A stretch of 64,000 nucleotides of DNA from Octopus vulgaris (Eukaryota). The translations under genes were made by a program, and so were the position numbers. Location: assembly GCA_951406725.2 (NCBI GenBank), contig OX597825.1, forward strand, positions 57,164,001 through 57,228,000, written 5' to 3'. The notes under the pieces were generated by a model, which ran no database searches, was not told the origin of the DNA, and worked only from the letters and a program-made list of their open reading frames with translations. This document shows, piece after piece, positions 39,496 through 52,623 of this stretch. The first letter of the stretch is position 1; each line of letters begins with the position of its first letter.

Positions 39496-39707
39496 TACAG
39501 TTGTCAAGAACTCAACTCTCAGTTAAATACATTTTGAAATCTGATTAGTATGAATGCATGAAAGCACTAATTGCACTATATGAATATCAAAATATTTTCT
39601 TAATGTTTAACACACTTCAACATTGTAAAGAATTTTTTAAAAATACAATAATGAAAAACATGAAAACCAGACCATGCTTTAACTTTATTCAACTGATATA
39701 TATATAT

Positions 39708-39763
<56 letters not shown>

Positions 39764-39846
39764 CACATACGTATATATAAACATAGCTAGCATGGAAGGT
39801 AGACATTAAACGATGATGATGATGATGATATATATATATATATATA

Positions 39847-40250
39847 GGCGCAGGAGTGGCTGTGTGGTAAGTAGCTTGTCTACCAACCACATGGTTCCGG
39901 GTTCAGTCCCACTGCGTGGCACCTTGGGTAAGTGTCTTCTACTATAGCCTCGGGCCGACCAAAGCCTTGTGAGTGGATTTGGTAGATGGAAACTGAAAGA
40001 AGCCCGTCGTATATATGTATATATATGTATGTGCGTGTGTGTGTTTGTGTGTCTGTGTTTGTCCCCTAGCATTGCTTGACAACCGATGCTGGTGTGTTTA
40101 TGTCCCTGTCACTTAGCGGTTTGGCAAAAAGAGACCGATAGAATAAGTACTGGGCTTACAAAAGAATAAGTCCCTGGGTCGAGTTGCTCGACTAAAGGCG
40201 GTGCTCCAGCATGGCCGCAGTCAAATTACTGAAACAAGTAAAAGAGTAAA
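39847..40250 (+). mobile_element. SINE family A, full-length
   Basis: GGCGCAGGAGTGGCTGTGTGGTAAG (A-box-like), GGTTCAGTCCC (B-box-like), internal microsatellite, LINE-like tail. Confidence 0.9.
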
Positions 40251-40384
40251 TATATATATACACACATATATGTATATGCACACACATACACATATATATA
40301 TACATATGTACACACACACACATACTTATATCTATACAATATATATATATACATACACACATATATTTACATACACACACATGT

Positions 40385-40530
40385 ATATGCTTTTATTAAA
40401 GCTGCAAAATTATCACAAAAACGTTACTCAGATTTTTACATCCCTGTTCCTTAAAACGGGAACGTGAAACTGAGTAACAGGTTTGTGATTATTTTGCAGC
40501 TTTAATAAAAGCATATTACTCTACCTTTGT
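40385..40530 (+). mobile_element. Short Penelope-type palindrome, same family as 48619-48832
   Basis: Arms ~40385-40447 / 40451-40516; retains ACGGGAACGT-GAAA-CTGAG-TA-ACAG (3' half of a hammerhead). Confidence 0.65.
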
Positions 40531-41841
40531 AGAGTAATTTAGAACAGTCTTGGCTATGAAATTTCATAAACCTGGTATCATGGTTAAGAAGTTTAATGTC
40601 TCATGTTATTGAGACCACATATCTCATTGTTTCATAAAGAGGTGGATGCAATTTTATTCAGAAATCTACTCATATAGAAGCTCCTTTTTGATTTGATATG
40701 TCAAACAATAAACCCCTGAGGTAAACATTAGAATTTGCTGCACTGCATGTTGAAGAAACCTGCTTGGCTTGATCAAAGCTACTTTTAGGTAGAATTTTCA
40801 AGAGTGGGAAGCTTGCATTATCAACATCACCATCACCACCACTAACACCAACATCATCATCATTCAATGTCTATGTTCCATGCTGGCATAGGCAAGATAG
40901 TTTGAAAGTATCTGACAGGCCCCAAGAACTACATCATGATCCAGTGTCTGCTTTGTTGTGGTTTCTATGACTGGATGCCCTTCCTGATGTCAACCACTTT
41001 ACAGCATGTACTGGGTGCTTTTTTTTCATGCCACCAGTGCTAGTGAGGTTGATATGCAGCTTTCAAGACTAAGATCTGTTTTGATTAGGTGGGGTTGCAG
41101 TAGAGAGGAAGGCAGTTTTATGCATGGAGATGAGAAGTTAAAGTATGCATTGTGGTAAGAGTATGATCCCTCTGATGAGAATAGATGGGACCACTACATA
41201 TAAATAGTAGTGGTCTGATGTAGTTGACACTTCATAGTTTGGTCTTCAAAGTCCAGGTACAGCTTACAGCTCAAGTTAGTGTGCTGGAAATATTGATTGT
41301 TGATTTGTAAAAGATTGTTTGTTCATTATGTGTTTGTTACTGCCACTGTTTCTGTTTCGTATTGTTATAACACTGTTACAGTGTATTCTTTATCTATCAT
41401 CAACAATATTAACCAATATTGGAAGCGTAAGAATATAACAGTATGAATAGGCCAGGACAGAGGAGTTGTTGAGGAGCTACAAGGCAACTCACATTATAGA
41501 AAAGAGGGTGGGATTGAACATGGTAGATTTGGTCCCAGTTAGTAAAACCAAAAACACTGTCCATTCAAACTATGAATGTTACAGCTTTGACTCTCCTCTC
41601 CCTTTCTATCAGTTCTTTGTCAACAATTCTTTGTAAGTGATGTAAAGTTAAATAGTTGACTTGGTTTGACTTTTTGACCTGTAAAAATTCTGAGCAAAAC
41701 ATATCAACAGACCCATAATTCTTAATTAGTCAGCTCAAATGTTGCCATGACTCTGGAATATCTATTTCGCTCTGTCGTAAGTTTTGAAATTATTATCATT
41801 AACCATCTTCTGAATTGAGCAATTTATCAAAAATTAGAAAT

Positions 41842-42333
41842 ATCATCATCATTTAACGTCCACTTTCCATACTAGCATGGGTTGAAGGATTTGATTGAGG
41901 ACTAGTGAACCAGATGGCTGCACCAGGCTCCAGTCTGATCTGGCAGAGTCTCTACAGCTGGATGCCCTTCTTAATGCCAATCATTCCGAGAATGTAGTGG
42001 GTGCTTTTACATGCCACTGGCATGAAGGCCAGTCTGGTGGTACTGGTAACGGCCACGCTCGAAATGGTGTTTTTTATGTATCACCTGCACAGGAGTCAGT
42101 CCAGCGGCACTGGCAATGACCTCGCTCAAATGTTTCGTTCACATGTCACTGGCACAAGTGCCAGTAAGGTGATGCTGGTAACAATCATGCTCAAATGGTG
42201 CTTTTTATGTGCCACCGGCATGGAAGCCAGGCAGCTGCTCTGGCAGTGATCCTGCTCAGATGGAGCTGTTAGCACTCCACTGGCACCGGTGCCAGTCATC
42301 AGATTTGGTTCAATTTCGATTTCACTTGCCCCA
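41842..42333 (-). mobile_element. RTE 3' UTR fragment with about 5 hairpin repeat units
   Basis: Same tail and GGTGCTTTTTAnGTGCCACCGGCA units as 12990-13620. Confidence 0.8.
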
Positions 42334-42469
42334 ATATAGCTAATTAATCTTTCATTGATTTACTTAAATTATATATCCGTTTTGTTAAAACTGATTTACA
42401 ATTCACGCACCCACTCACATGTATACTATTAATTTCATAAGATTTCTTTAGGATTTTCGAAATATTTAT

Positions 42470-44532
42470 CCAAATGGCTGAAATGTGTGTTACAGAAGAA
42501 ATTATGAAAAACAGTTTTTCAAAAAAAGACTGCAGGGAAACAATTAATTTTAAATGATGATTGACCAATACTGAAATTACCTGATTTGCAAAGCTACAAC
42601 AAGAAATTCATGAGACAATTTCAGGTTAATTTGTATGAAAAGAAAAAATGGTTAACTGGTAGTGCTACGCTTAATAAGTTATTCTGCTGGCCATGCATGT
42701 TGTTTTGTTTAGAAAAAACTGTTTAGAATGCTAAAAGTTATGATGCTTTGAATATCTAAATATGGCTATGCTAAAACATGAATATTCTCAAAGAATATAA
42801 GATCCTTGATAGATCTTAAAACATTCAAGAATGTTCACATAGACTTACAATTAGATGTGTGTAAAAAAAAAACAGAGCATACAACATCATAATGAGGAAG
42901 TTAGACAAAATAGATCCATTTTGCAACAATTGATCGATGTATTTATTTTTTTAGGTCATCGGGAATTATCATTTCGAGGTCATTTTGAATCTGAAGAATC
43001 TAATAATTGTGGAAATTATAAAGAACTTTTATATTTAATCAGTAGATATGACTAAAAATTGGCAAGCCATCTAGATACTGCTTCTATCTTCTCCAGTCTC
43101 TCAAACAGAATTCAAAATGACTTGATCGATGTAATTCAAAAGGTTATGTTGAATGAAATACAAAATGAACTTAATCAGGCTAAATTCGTTGCTACTCTTG
43201 TTGATGAAACGTCTGATGTATTGGTGTATTCACAACTGTCAACTGTTTTACATTATGTCACAGAAGATTATGTTACAAAAGAATGATTTATTGGTTTTAA
43301 TGATGTTAGTGCAGATCAATCAGCAAATGCTTTACCTGAACATGTTTTTAAATGCATTGAAATGTGGAAATGTGGAAACAAATTGATTGCACAAATCTAT
43401 GATGGTGCCACTACAATGGCAGAACAATTAAATGGGTTCAATTAAATGTGATCAATAAAAGATTTTAAAAGGCAAAGTGTAAGTCATTTAATGAGTTACA
43501 TTTACATCAGTGATCTTGTTGAAGCTCTGCCAGAATTCTTCAATCTTTGCCACTTGATTTTAACAATTCCATCTACAACTGTTTCTGAAGAGTGATCCTT
43601 TTCTGCATTGACTAGAATCAAAACATCCCAAAGAAATGCAACAGACTGGGTTAGCACTAATGTCAATTGAAAAAGATTTATTACAACAATTAATGAAAAG
43701 AGAAGATTTCTATGAAAATGTGATAAATATATTTGTCCAGAAAGATAAATAACATTTTCGAACATTAAAAAAAAAAAAAAATCTAAATGTATTAAAAGGC
43801 ATTCTTTCATTTTAGACCATGAAGTTGTTGTCAAATACAAATCAGCTGCTTAATCAGGCTGCTTACCAATTTCAAGAAAATAATTGACACTCACTCGAGC
43901 AGCCTGCTCTGATTCTTACTGAACTTAGCACATTGAAAGACAATCACGTGCGCATACACATGCATTGAAACATACACACATAAATATACACACACACACA
44001 TTGAAAGATGTGTGTGTATGTGTGTGTTTATGCATGAATCATTTTGTATAAATAATTTTCTTTTACATTCTTTCAAATTTTCTTTCATTATTAGGTTAGT
44101 GTAATTTACATTTCTTTGTTTTCTCTTTGCATGTTGCGATATTTCACATCTTTGCTGCTCCCAACAAATGAAAAGAGACACTAGGCTTTTGTTTAGGTTT
44201 TTAGGGCTTTTTACAATGTTGAATTTTTGTACAATGTTGAATTTTCACTGTCTTTCATTGTGTGTTTATGTAGATGCGTGTATGTAAGACAGTATTATAA
44301 TGTATGGAGTTCAATAAGTATCAGAACACGCTGCTCCAGTGAGTATCAATTATTTTCTTGAAATTGGTGAGGAGCCTGATAAAGCAGTTGATTTGTCTTT
44401 GACAGCATAACGGTCTAGAACCTTGGCCATATTATGTAACGTGTTCTCTTAGTTAAATAATTTTTAAATGATTTGACTCAACCAATAAGTATTTATTGCA
44501 TGACCAACCACAGAAGTCACCACACGCCACTG
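42470..44532 (+). mobile_element. Internally deleted hAT transposon (ZMYM1/DUF4371-type transposase)
   Basis: LFCWPC, LSFRGHFESEESNNCGNYKELL, RIQNDLI, LVDETSD, QIYDGA, then hATC-like LTIPSTTVSEE*SFSALTRIKT; right TIR-like end CACCACACGCCACTG at 44532. Left end not found. Confidence 0.8.
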
Positions 44533-44533
44533 G

Positions 44534-44618
<85 letters not shown>

Positions 44619-44635
44619 GTTCTTTTAATATAGTT

Positions 44636-45046
44636 CTATATTTAAGAGATGAGGAATTATGTACATTATTTACATCTGACAGGTATTTGTCATCATCTTG
44701 TTTGTTGTTAATACGTTTCGGCTGATATACCCTCCAGCCTTCATCAAATGTTTTGGGGAAATTTAAAACCTGGATTCTCATTCCTAAGGTATTTTTCGAT
44801 GTTATTATTTTTATTATTATTTTTCAGGTCATTGCTTTGAATCGAACTATGCCATATGCCCATGGATTCCAGGCAGTGACCTGAATAATAATAATAATAA
44901 TACCATCGAAAAATACCTTAGGAATAAGAATCCAGGTTTGAAATTTCCCCAAGACACCTGATGAAGGCTGGAGGGTATATCAGCCAAAACGTTATGTTAA
45001 CAACAAACAAGATGAGGACAAATATCTGTCAAATATAAATAATGTA
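44636..45046 (-). mobile_element. Penelope-type fold-back element
   Basis: Inverted arms 44662-44842 / 44866-45046 with an unpaired extension at 44636-44661. Confidence 0.75.
44953..44998 (+). ncRNA. Minimal hammerhead motif, canonical CUGAUGA core (G12 mutated in this arm)
   Basis: GACAC | CTGATGA | A-GGCTG-GAGGGTATAT-CAGCC | aAAA | CG | TT | ATGTT; the opposite arm (44708-44753, minus) retains GAAACGT. Confidence 0.65.
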
Positions 45047-45051
45047 TATAT

Positions 45052-45445
45052 TCTTTTATTCTTTTACTTGTTTCAGTCATTTGACTGTGCCCATGCTGGA
45101 GTACCATTTTGAAGGGTTTTAGTTGAGTAAATCAACAACAGGACTTATTTTTTAAGCCTAGTACTTATTCTGTCAGTCTCTTTTGCTGAACTGCTAAGTT
45201 ATGGAGACATAAACACACCAACACTGGTTGTTAAGCGGTGATAGGGAGACAAACACAGACACAAAGACACATACACATGTATATACATATATACACGATG
45301 GGCTTCATTCAGTTTCTGTTTACCAAATCCACTCATAAGGCTTTGGCCACCCCAAGACTATAGTAGAAGACACTTGCCCAAATTGCCATGCAGTGGGTCT
45401 GAACCTGGTACCATATGGTTGGGGAGCAAGCTTCTTACTACACAG
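45052..45445 (-). mobile_element. SINE family A, older copy
   Basis: Colinear with 29387-29794. Confidence 0.8.
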
Positions 45446-45454
45446 ATACACCTG

Positions 45455-45510
<56 letters not shown>

Positions 45511-45524
45511 CACACACACTCATA

Positions 45525-46445
45525 TAGTCTTTGTATGTAGCAAATGTGCAGGTACTGTAAGCACTAAAAATGCACAGACAATAGGCTACTTCAAATGCTC
45601 AGTGAGATAATGAGAAGTAGTAGGTAGTTTCTGTTGCCCAGGAGACCAAGTTAGTAGTGGTAGAGGAAGTTCTGAAAGTGTAGTTGCTAGAATAAGAATG
45701 AGCTGGGCAAAGTTCAGAGTGCTTCTACCTTTGTTGGTAACTAAGAGCCACTCCCTCAGAGTGAAAGGCAGATTGTATGATGCCTGTGTACATACAACTA
45801 TGATATGTGGCAGTGAAACATGGGCTTTGACTATAGAGGATTTGTGAAGGCTTGAAAGAAATGAAGCTAGCATACCCTCTTTGATGGATAATGTCAGTGT
45901 GCATGCATGACGGTGTGAATGAGGGTATAATAAGCATCAGATATTGTGTGCAAGAAAGAAGACTCCACTTGTTTGGTCATGTGATGTGCAGGATGAGGAC
46001 AATTGCATAAAGAAGTGCCGAGTTCTAATTGTGAATGAAGTGGTGAGAAAGGATTTTCAGACACTGGGCTTCACTGAGGAAATGGTAAGGGACCAGATGT
46101 GGCAATTTGTTGTATTTGATAAGACGTGTCAGGCTAAGTAAACTCACTGTCTTCCACACATACAGGCTTGTTCTCTCAGGTGCCAGTGCCACATGAAAAG
46201 CACCTGTGCTGGTGATGCATAAACACACCTGTGCTGGTGAAGCACAGATGCATCCATACCTGTGGCATGAAAAAAACAACCAGCACACTCTATTAAGTGG
46301 TTGGCATTAGGAAAGGCATCCAAGCATAGAAACCATGCCAAAACAGGCAGCTGGAGCCTGGACAGCTCCTAGCCTGCCAGCTCTCCTTGTCCAACTGTCC
46401 AAACCTTGCCAGCATGGGAGGTGGATGTTAAACGATGTTGACGAC
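45525..46445 (+). mobile_element. Decayed RTE LINE 3' portion
   Basis: RIRMSWAKFRVLLPLLVTK..LRVKGRLYDACV..GSETW in a broken frame; conserved RTE tail at 46290-46445. Confidence 0.8.
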
Positions 46446-46719
46446 ATATTTGTGTGTATTCACACACACACACACACACATTCCTGTGAATATGTATATT
46501 CATATATATGCATATATTTATATATATACATACATATATTGAATAATTAAAAAGTCAGTGAATATTAAAATACATTTCATTTTCAAAATTCAGTAGAATC
46601 TACAGACAAAATTCAATTTTTTTAATGAACACCTATTCTCAAACTGGTGACTGTTCTGGTACAAGCATTGCTTATAATGCAAAGCAATGGAATTGCAAAC
46701 AGCAGGAAACATTTTGTTT

Positions 46720-47394
46720 TGTATTTATGTACAATCTTGCTTTATACAAATTCTGGTAAATTAACATGGTGTTCCTCTGTGATATGCATTTTCGCTGGTC
46801 CTTAGTAGGTGCAACAGTGGTAGTTAATTGAGCCATTTGATTTCAATGCAGCCTCATCACTCCCAAAAAATCTTCATTGAAAGCTGTGCATCTTCTACAC
46901 ATCTAACCATGTACCACTTGCAAAATTCCACTCTTTGGTCCAGATCATGTTCATCGACAGCATGAACTATGAAGAGTACTTCAAAATGTAATGGAAGCTT
47001 GACTCTAAAATTCCTATCTCAAGATTCACTTACCACACAGATTTTCCTGCACTCTGGCAATACATTTCTGGCATCATCTATTGTTTCGAGAAACTCATTA
47101 ATGTCTGTGGTCTTTCAGAATGTTCCTTGAGAACATTCTGAACAATTCTATCTGCTTCAAACTTATCTTTAGTTCAAGTGATGGTAAGCAGTGTAGGTGG
47201 GTCAGTTTGAAATTCCCTTGGAAACTGTCTTTGCACTTTGACTGTGTTTCCGAAATTCAAGAAGCCCTTTAGAGCAAATTGTTTTTGCTAAATCTTAGCC
47301 TGGTTCCATTGTTTCTAATGGGTTAAATCTAAAAAGTAATAAAAGTTGAGTTATCAGCTTTTAAAGTATGTATAACTTTCCTTGGGATACCCTG
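46720..47394 (-). mobile_element. Tc1/mariner-superfamily 5' fragment (DUF4817-type HTH), decayed
   Basis: TA+CAGGGTATCCC terminus at 47394; minus frame VQRQFPREFQTDPPT..KDKFE and FWE/SDEA-like catalytic start near 46850-46870. Confidence 0.55.
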
Positions 47395-48005
47395 TATATT
47401 GTCATCATTGTTGTCATCATCATCATTTAGGATCTATTTTCCATGCTGACATGGGTTGGATGGTTTGACTGGAGCTGACAACTTGCAGAACTGTGTCAAG
47501 CTCCGATGTTAGCTATGGTTTAGTTTCTACAGATGGATGCTCTTCTTAACACCAACCACTTTTCATTGTGTACTGGTTGCTTTTCTTATGTCACTAGCAT
47601 TAGTGAGGCCATCAAATAACTTGCAAAACAAAGAAAAGAACAGAAAAAGGAAAAAGAAAACAAAGGTCCTTTTGTCTTCATCAGGGTATTTGAGTATTTG
47701 AGAGAGGGTGAGGTCGTTTATGTCAGGTGTTGAGAGGCTAAAGTATGATAGAGGGAGAAGCACAGCTGTCTGGCTAGAGGGGAGATACATAACTACCCTG
47801 CATTTTATAAGGGTGGGTAGGAGTAGCTAGGAAAAAGACAAGGTGGTAGTGATAGGGAGCTAGAGCAAACTGTCAGGGTACAAGAAGGTGAGTATAAGAG
47901 AGGATACAGAGAGAGAGAGGATCAAGGGAAGAAGGTAGTTTTGTAAGAGTGTGAGGGAGAGTGACAGTTGGATGGGAGTAGAATGAATGTAGTGAGTGAA
48001 CAAAG
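47261..48005 (+). repeat. Source copy of a ~745-bp local direct duplication
   Basis: Near-identical to 49820-50562 by eye; here continuous with flanking elements on both sides. Confidence 0.92.
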
Positions 48006-48179
48006 GTGGAGATGCAGTTGATGGGTGAGAAATAATGTGGGGAGAGGCAAGGTGGGAGAGACAGGAGTGGCTCAAGAAGAAAGATAGATCAAATACATAC
48101 ACAAACGCACATATTTATATATAGATGTATGTATGTATATACATATCTATATCTATATCTATAAATACATATGCATATA

Positions 48180-48618
48180 CAGAGAGTGTCCAGAATAAAT
48201 TTGACAGTTTGCTTAAAAGGAAAAGAAAACACAATATTCCATTCAAAAATTGAAGTATTTTAAAAAATAAAAGAAAAAACAGCTAGATTATGGCGTGAAG
48301 ATAACAGTTTATTTGAAGTAACTGATCTCAGCTTCCACCACAGATCAAGGTGGCTCCAGAACCTGGCACATGTCCTTGGCACCAGAACCTCACTATCTCC
48401 TTGGGATGATCTTTGAACAACTCTTTGATTTTGGTCACCAGTTCAGCCTTGGTGTTGCAGGCAAAGCAGATGTAATCCATAGGATTACAATTGGGAGAAT
48501 TAGGTGAAATTGTAGAAATTCTCTAACAACCACATCTGATCTTTCCAGAGATATGGCAAGGAGCGAAATTCTGCTTCCAAACAAAGGGCCTTCACTAGGT
48601 TTGACTCCCCCCACCACA
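48180..48618 (-). mobile_element. Tc1/mariner-superfamily (maT-like) 3' remnant
   Basis: TA+CAGAGAGTGTCCAG terminus; minus frame SPNSPNCNPMDY..ACNTKAELVTKIK. Confidence 0.6.
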
Positions 48619-48832
48619 CTTTTATTAAAGCTACAAAGTTATCACAAAACTGTTTCTCAGAGTTTCACATTCCCATTTGTTAGAGAGTTGTAATGAAAAT
48701 AACTGTCTGATGAACAAGAATATGAAACTCTGAGTAACAACAGTTTTGTGATAACTTCGCAGCTTTAATAAAAGCATATACCTCTACCATTGGTATTTGA
48801 GTACTATCCTTTTCAGCTTGTTTTGCACTTAT
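48619..48832 (+). mobile_element. Penelope-type fold-back element
   Basis: Arms ~48619-48690 / 48702-48774 plus 3' extension. Confidence 0.7.
48703..48743 (+). ncRNA. Minimal hammerhead motif, CUGAUGA core
   Basis: CTGT | CTGATGA | ACAAGAATAT (stem II decayed; AC-GGGAAC-GT in the 40459 copy) | GAAA | CTCTGAG | TA | ACA. Confidence 0.55.
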
Positions 48833-48916
48833 CTGCTTGTGTGTGTGTATGTGTGTGTGTGTGTGTATCATCATCATCAGCATTTAAAGTCAGCCTTCCA
48901 TATATACTTGTATATG

Positions 48917-48974
<58 letters not shown>

Positions 48975-49736
48975 TGTATGGATACAGACTTTAAAGATTC
49001 TCTTTGCAATCATAAAGTTCTAGATTTGATCCTAGTGCAAATCCAGAACAAATGGGTCTGTAGTTTTTATTTTTATATTTTTACTCATAAACTGCTTTTG
49101 GTAATATCTGAAAAAAGAAAAAGAAAAAGACAACTTAATTTACAAATATATACTCCAAAATAAAATTAAATATCTCTAATCTCTATAACAATTGAAAAAA
49201 AAATTTTTTAATATTACAAAATGCTCTATCTTCTGAAGTCAATATTACATAAAATAAATAATTCATATTAATAAGGAGCTTTCAGCCATAAGTAATGTAA
49301 CATATTTTATTATGTATATAATAAAAGAAATAGCTAGCTATTTGAGGTATGGTGTAAGACAGACAATAATTGTAATATAACTGATAAAATATTGTGCTTT
49401 TTTATTTCTTTGCGATTTATATGCATGCATAGGTAGGATGATTGAGGCCAATGTTTTTTTACAAATGAATGGAGTGCTCCCTACTACTAATCACTCAACC
49501 ATGAAGTAGGACTCTAGCCTGTTTTCTATTCAGCCAGGCAAACTGCAACTGGCATTGTGATGTAACTCCCTGAAGGACACATAACAATGCAATATAACTG
49601 TAAGGTTTGAATTTGTGCCCATGTGGTTATCATTTCTCTGCTTTAGCCAAGTAAGTGTATGTGCACGCGCGTGCGTGTGTGTATGTACACACACATTACA
49701 TAGATGCTTACATACATATCTGTGTCTCTCTGTGCA

Positions 49737-49814
<78 letters not shown>

Positions 49815-49819
49815 TTTTT

Positions 49820-50562
49820 GAAGCCCTTTAAAGCAAATTGTTTTTGCTAAAGCTTAGCCTGGTTCCATTGTTTCTAATGAGTTAAATCTAAAAAGTAATA
49901 AAAGTTGAGTTATCAGCTGTTAAAGTATGTATAACTTTCCTTGGGATACCCTGTATATTGTCATCATTGTTGTCATCATCATCATTTAGGATCTATTTTC
50001 CATGCTGACATTGGTTGGATGGTTTGACTGGAGCTGACAACTTGCAGAACTGTGTCAAGCTCCAATGTTAGCTATGGTTTAGTTTCTACAGATGGATGCT
50101 CTTCTTAACACCAACCACTTTTCAGTGTGTACTGGTTGCTTTTCTTATGTCACTACCATTAGTGAGGCCATCAAATAACTTGCAAAACAAAGAAAAGAAC
50201 AGAAAAAGGAAAAAGAAAACAAAGGTCCTTTTGTCTTCATCAGGGTATTTGAGTATTTGAGAGAGGGTGAGGTCGTTTATGTCAGGTGTTGAGAGGCTAA
50301 AGTATGATAGAGGGAGAAGCACAGATGTCTGGCTAGATGGAAGATACATAACTACTCTGCATTTTATAAGGGTGGGTAGGAGTAGCTAGGAAAAAGACAA
50401 GGTGGTAGTGATAGGGAGCTAGAGCAAACTGTCAGGGTACAAGAAGGTGAGTATAAGGGAGGATATTGAGAGAGAGGATGAAGGGAAGAAGGTAGTTTTG
50501 TAAGAGTGTGAGGGAGAGTGACAGTTGGATGGGAGTAGAATGAATGTAGTGAGTGAACAAAG
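49820..50562 (+). repeat. Derived copy of 47261-48005, preceded by a ~23-nt poly(T)
   Basis: Poly(T) at 49797-49819; near-identical sequence; abrupt switch to an unrelated element at 50563. Confidence 0.92.
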
Positions 50563-50745
50563 AATGAGAGGATTTGCATCCCCAACCAAGAATTTTTGAT
50601 GTAACACATGTCCTTGTGGAAGTTGTTGTGCGTGGCTGAAGAAGGCCACAGACATACATTATGCATTGTTATAAATCTGTCTAATAAAGGCCCGAAACAT
50701 ATGTACCGCTGAATCCTTGGCATCATGTTTTTATTTTGATCAATT

Positions 50746-50746
<1 letters not shown>
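50563..50746 (+). mobile_element. Penelope-type pLTR 3' fragment
   Basis: Contains a hammerhead motif and ends at a long (TA)n tract. Confidence 0.6.
50632..50709 (+). ncRNA. Type-I hammerhead motif, canonical CUGAAGA core, extended stem II, GUA site
   Basis: GTGG | CTGAAGA | A-GGCC-ACAGA...TCTGT...GGCC-C | GAAA | CATATG | TA | CCGC. Confidence 0.7.
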
Positions 50747-51212
<466 letters not shown>

Positions 51213-51219
51213 ATCTACC

Positions 51220-51749
51220 ACTCTGTCACGCTGGTGAGACCCATATTGGAGTATGGGATTCAAGCCTCTTCTCCTTATCTCCTCAAAGACATACAGCGTC
51301 TCGAAAGAGTCCAGAAGCTGGCTACCCGCATGGTTCTTGGTCTCAAGCATTTGTCTTATGAAGAAAAGCTGAAGACGCTTGACCTTTATTCTCTAGAAAA
51401 ACGCTGCCGCCATGGTGATCTCATTCTTGCTCACAACATCATAAGCGAAAAGTGTAACCTCTCGAAAGAGCTGTTCTTCACTCCTGCTCCAGAGCGTCGG
51501 CTGCAGGGTCACTCCAAAAAGCTCTATCTGCAACGATTTCATCTCAATTGAAGGAGAGGGGCTTTCTCCGTCCGGGTTGCGGATCCGTGGAATAAGCTGC
51601 CGGACGAGATAGTGAAGATGCCGACGACCGCTCGGTTCAAAGTCACCCTTGACCACAAGTGGCCTGAAATCTTTACATGAACACCACCCTGTACATAACT
51701 CCATGTCCTTGCTTTTTGCTTTTTGAGCCAAAAAATTAACTAACTAACA
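51220..51749 (+). mobile_element. CR1-clade LINE 3' end
   Basis: [42 protein letters not shown]; (TAAC)n tail. Confidence 0.88.
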
Positions 51750-51783
51750 TATATATATGTGTGTATATATATATATGTGTGTG

Positions 51784-51830
<47 letters not shown>

Positions 51831-52039
51831 TTTATCTTTTGTCTTTTACTTGTTTCAGTCAATAGACTGTGGCCATGCTGGGGCACTGCCTTGAAGAATT
51901 TTTAGTCAAATGAATTGACCCAAGTACTTATTAAGTCTCTTTTGCTGAACCACTAAATTACAGGGACATAAACACATCAATACCAGCTGTCAAGTGGTGA
52001 TGGGGGACAAACACAAAAACACACACTTACATATACACC

Positions 52040-52380
52040 GGAGACCCCCTTCGGTCACAAATGACCATGGGATTGCACCTAGAAAGTTACCCTCCGAGGC
52101 ACAAGTCCAGGCAAGATTGTTTATGGAAGAACAGTAGTTGCCCATGCATACCAGCCTCCCCTCTCCCCGCCACCGATGTTATCCAAGGGAAAGGCATAGG
52201 CCGATACAGCTTGGCACCAGTGATGTCGCAACTCTTTTCTACAGCTGAGTGAGTAAACTGGAGCAATGTGAAATAAAGTGTCTTGCTCAAGAACACAACA
52301 TGCAGCCTGGTCCGGGATTCAAACTCACAACCTCACGGTCGTAAGTTCGTCGGTCTAACCACTGAGCCATGCGTTTTCAC
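52040..52380 (-). mobile_element. SINE family C, inserted within a family A copy
   Basis: Homologous to 28805-29136; family A sequence on both sides (51828-52025 and ~52415-52437). Confidence 0.8.
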
Positions 52381-52623
52381 TCACACACACACACACACAC
52401 ATATATATACACAACAAACTTCTTTCAGTTTCCACTCACGCTCATTCACATCTATCCATGTATCTCCCTTTTAATTCTGCCCTGAACACATGCGTACATT
52501 TACATACTTTTTTTCTACCCTGGGATAGAACTTTCCATATTCTTCAACATAAACTTTCTCACTCATAATGCCTATATGTTCTGAAAATGTAACTTTCCTA
52601 AATAAAGTGCACCTCATATTCAA

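Larger units (their letters stand above)
36875..39697 (+). mobile_element. 5'-truncated Penelope-like element with inverted pLTR copy, split by a mariner
   Basis: Inverted arms 36875-37073 / 39497-39697; internal GIY-YIG-coding region. Confidence 0.8.

Noticed and set aside
39847-39920. tRNA genes
   Set aside because: A/B-box-like heads belong to SINEs; no complete cloverleaf seen.
42855-43386. Host ZMYM1-like gene
   Set aside because: Multiple stops, an internal deletion and a TIR-like end indicate a dead hAT transposon.
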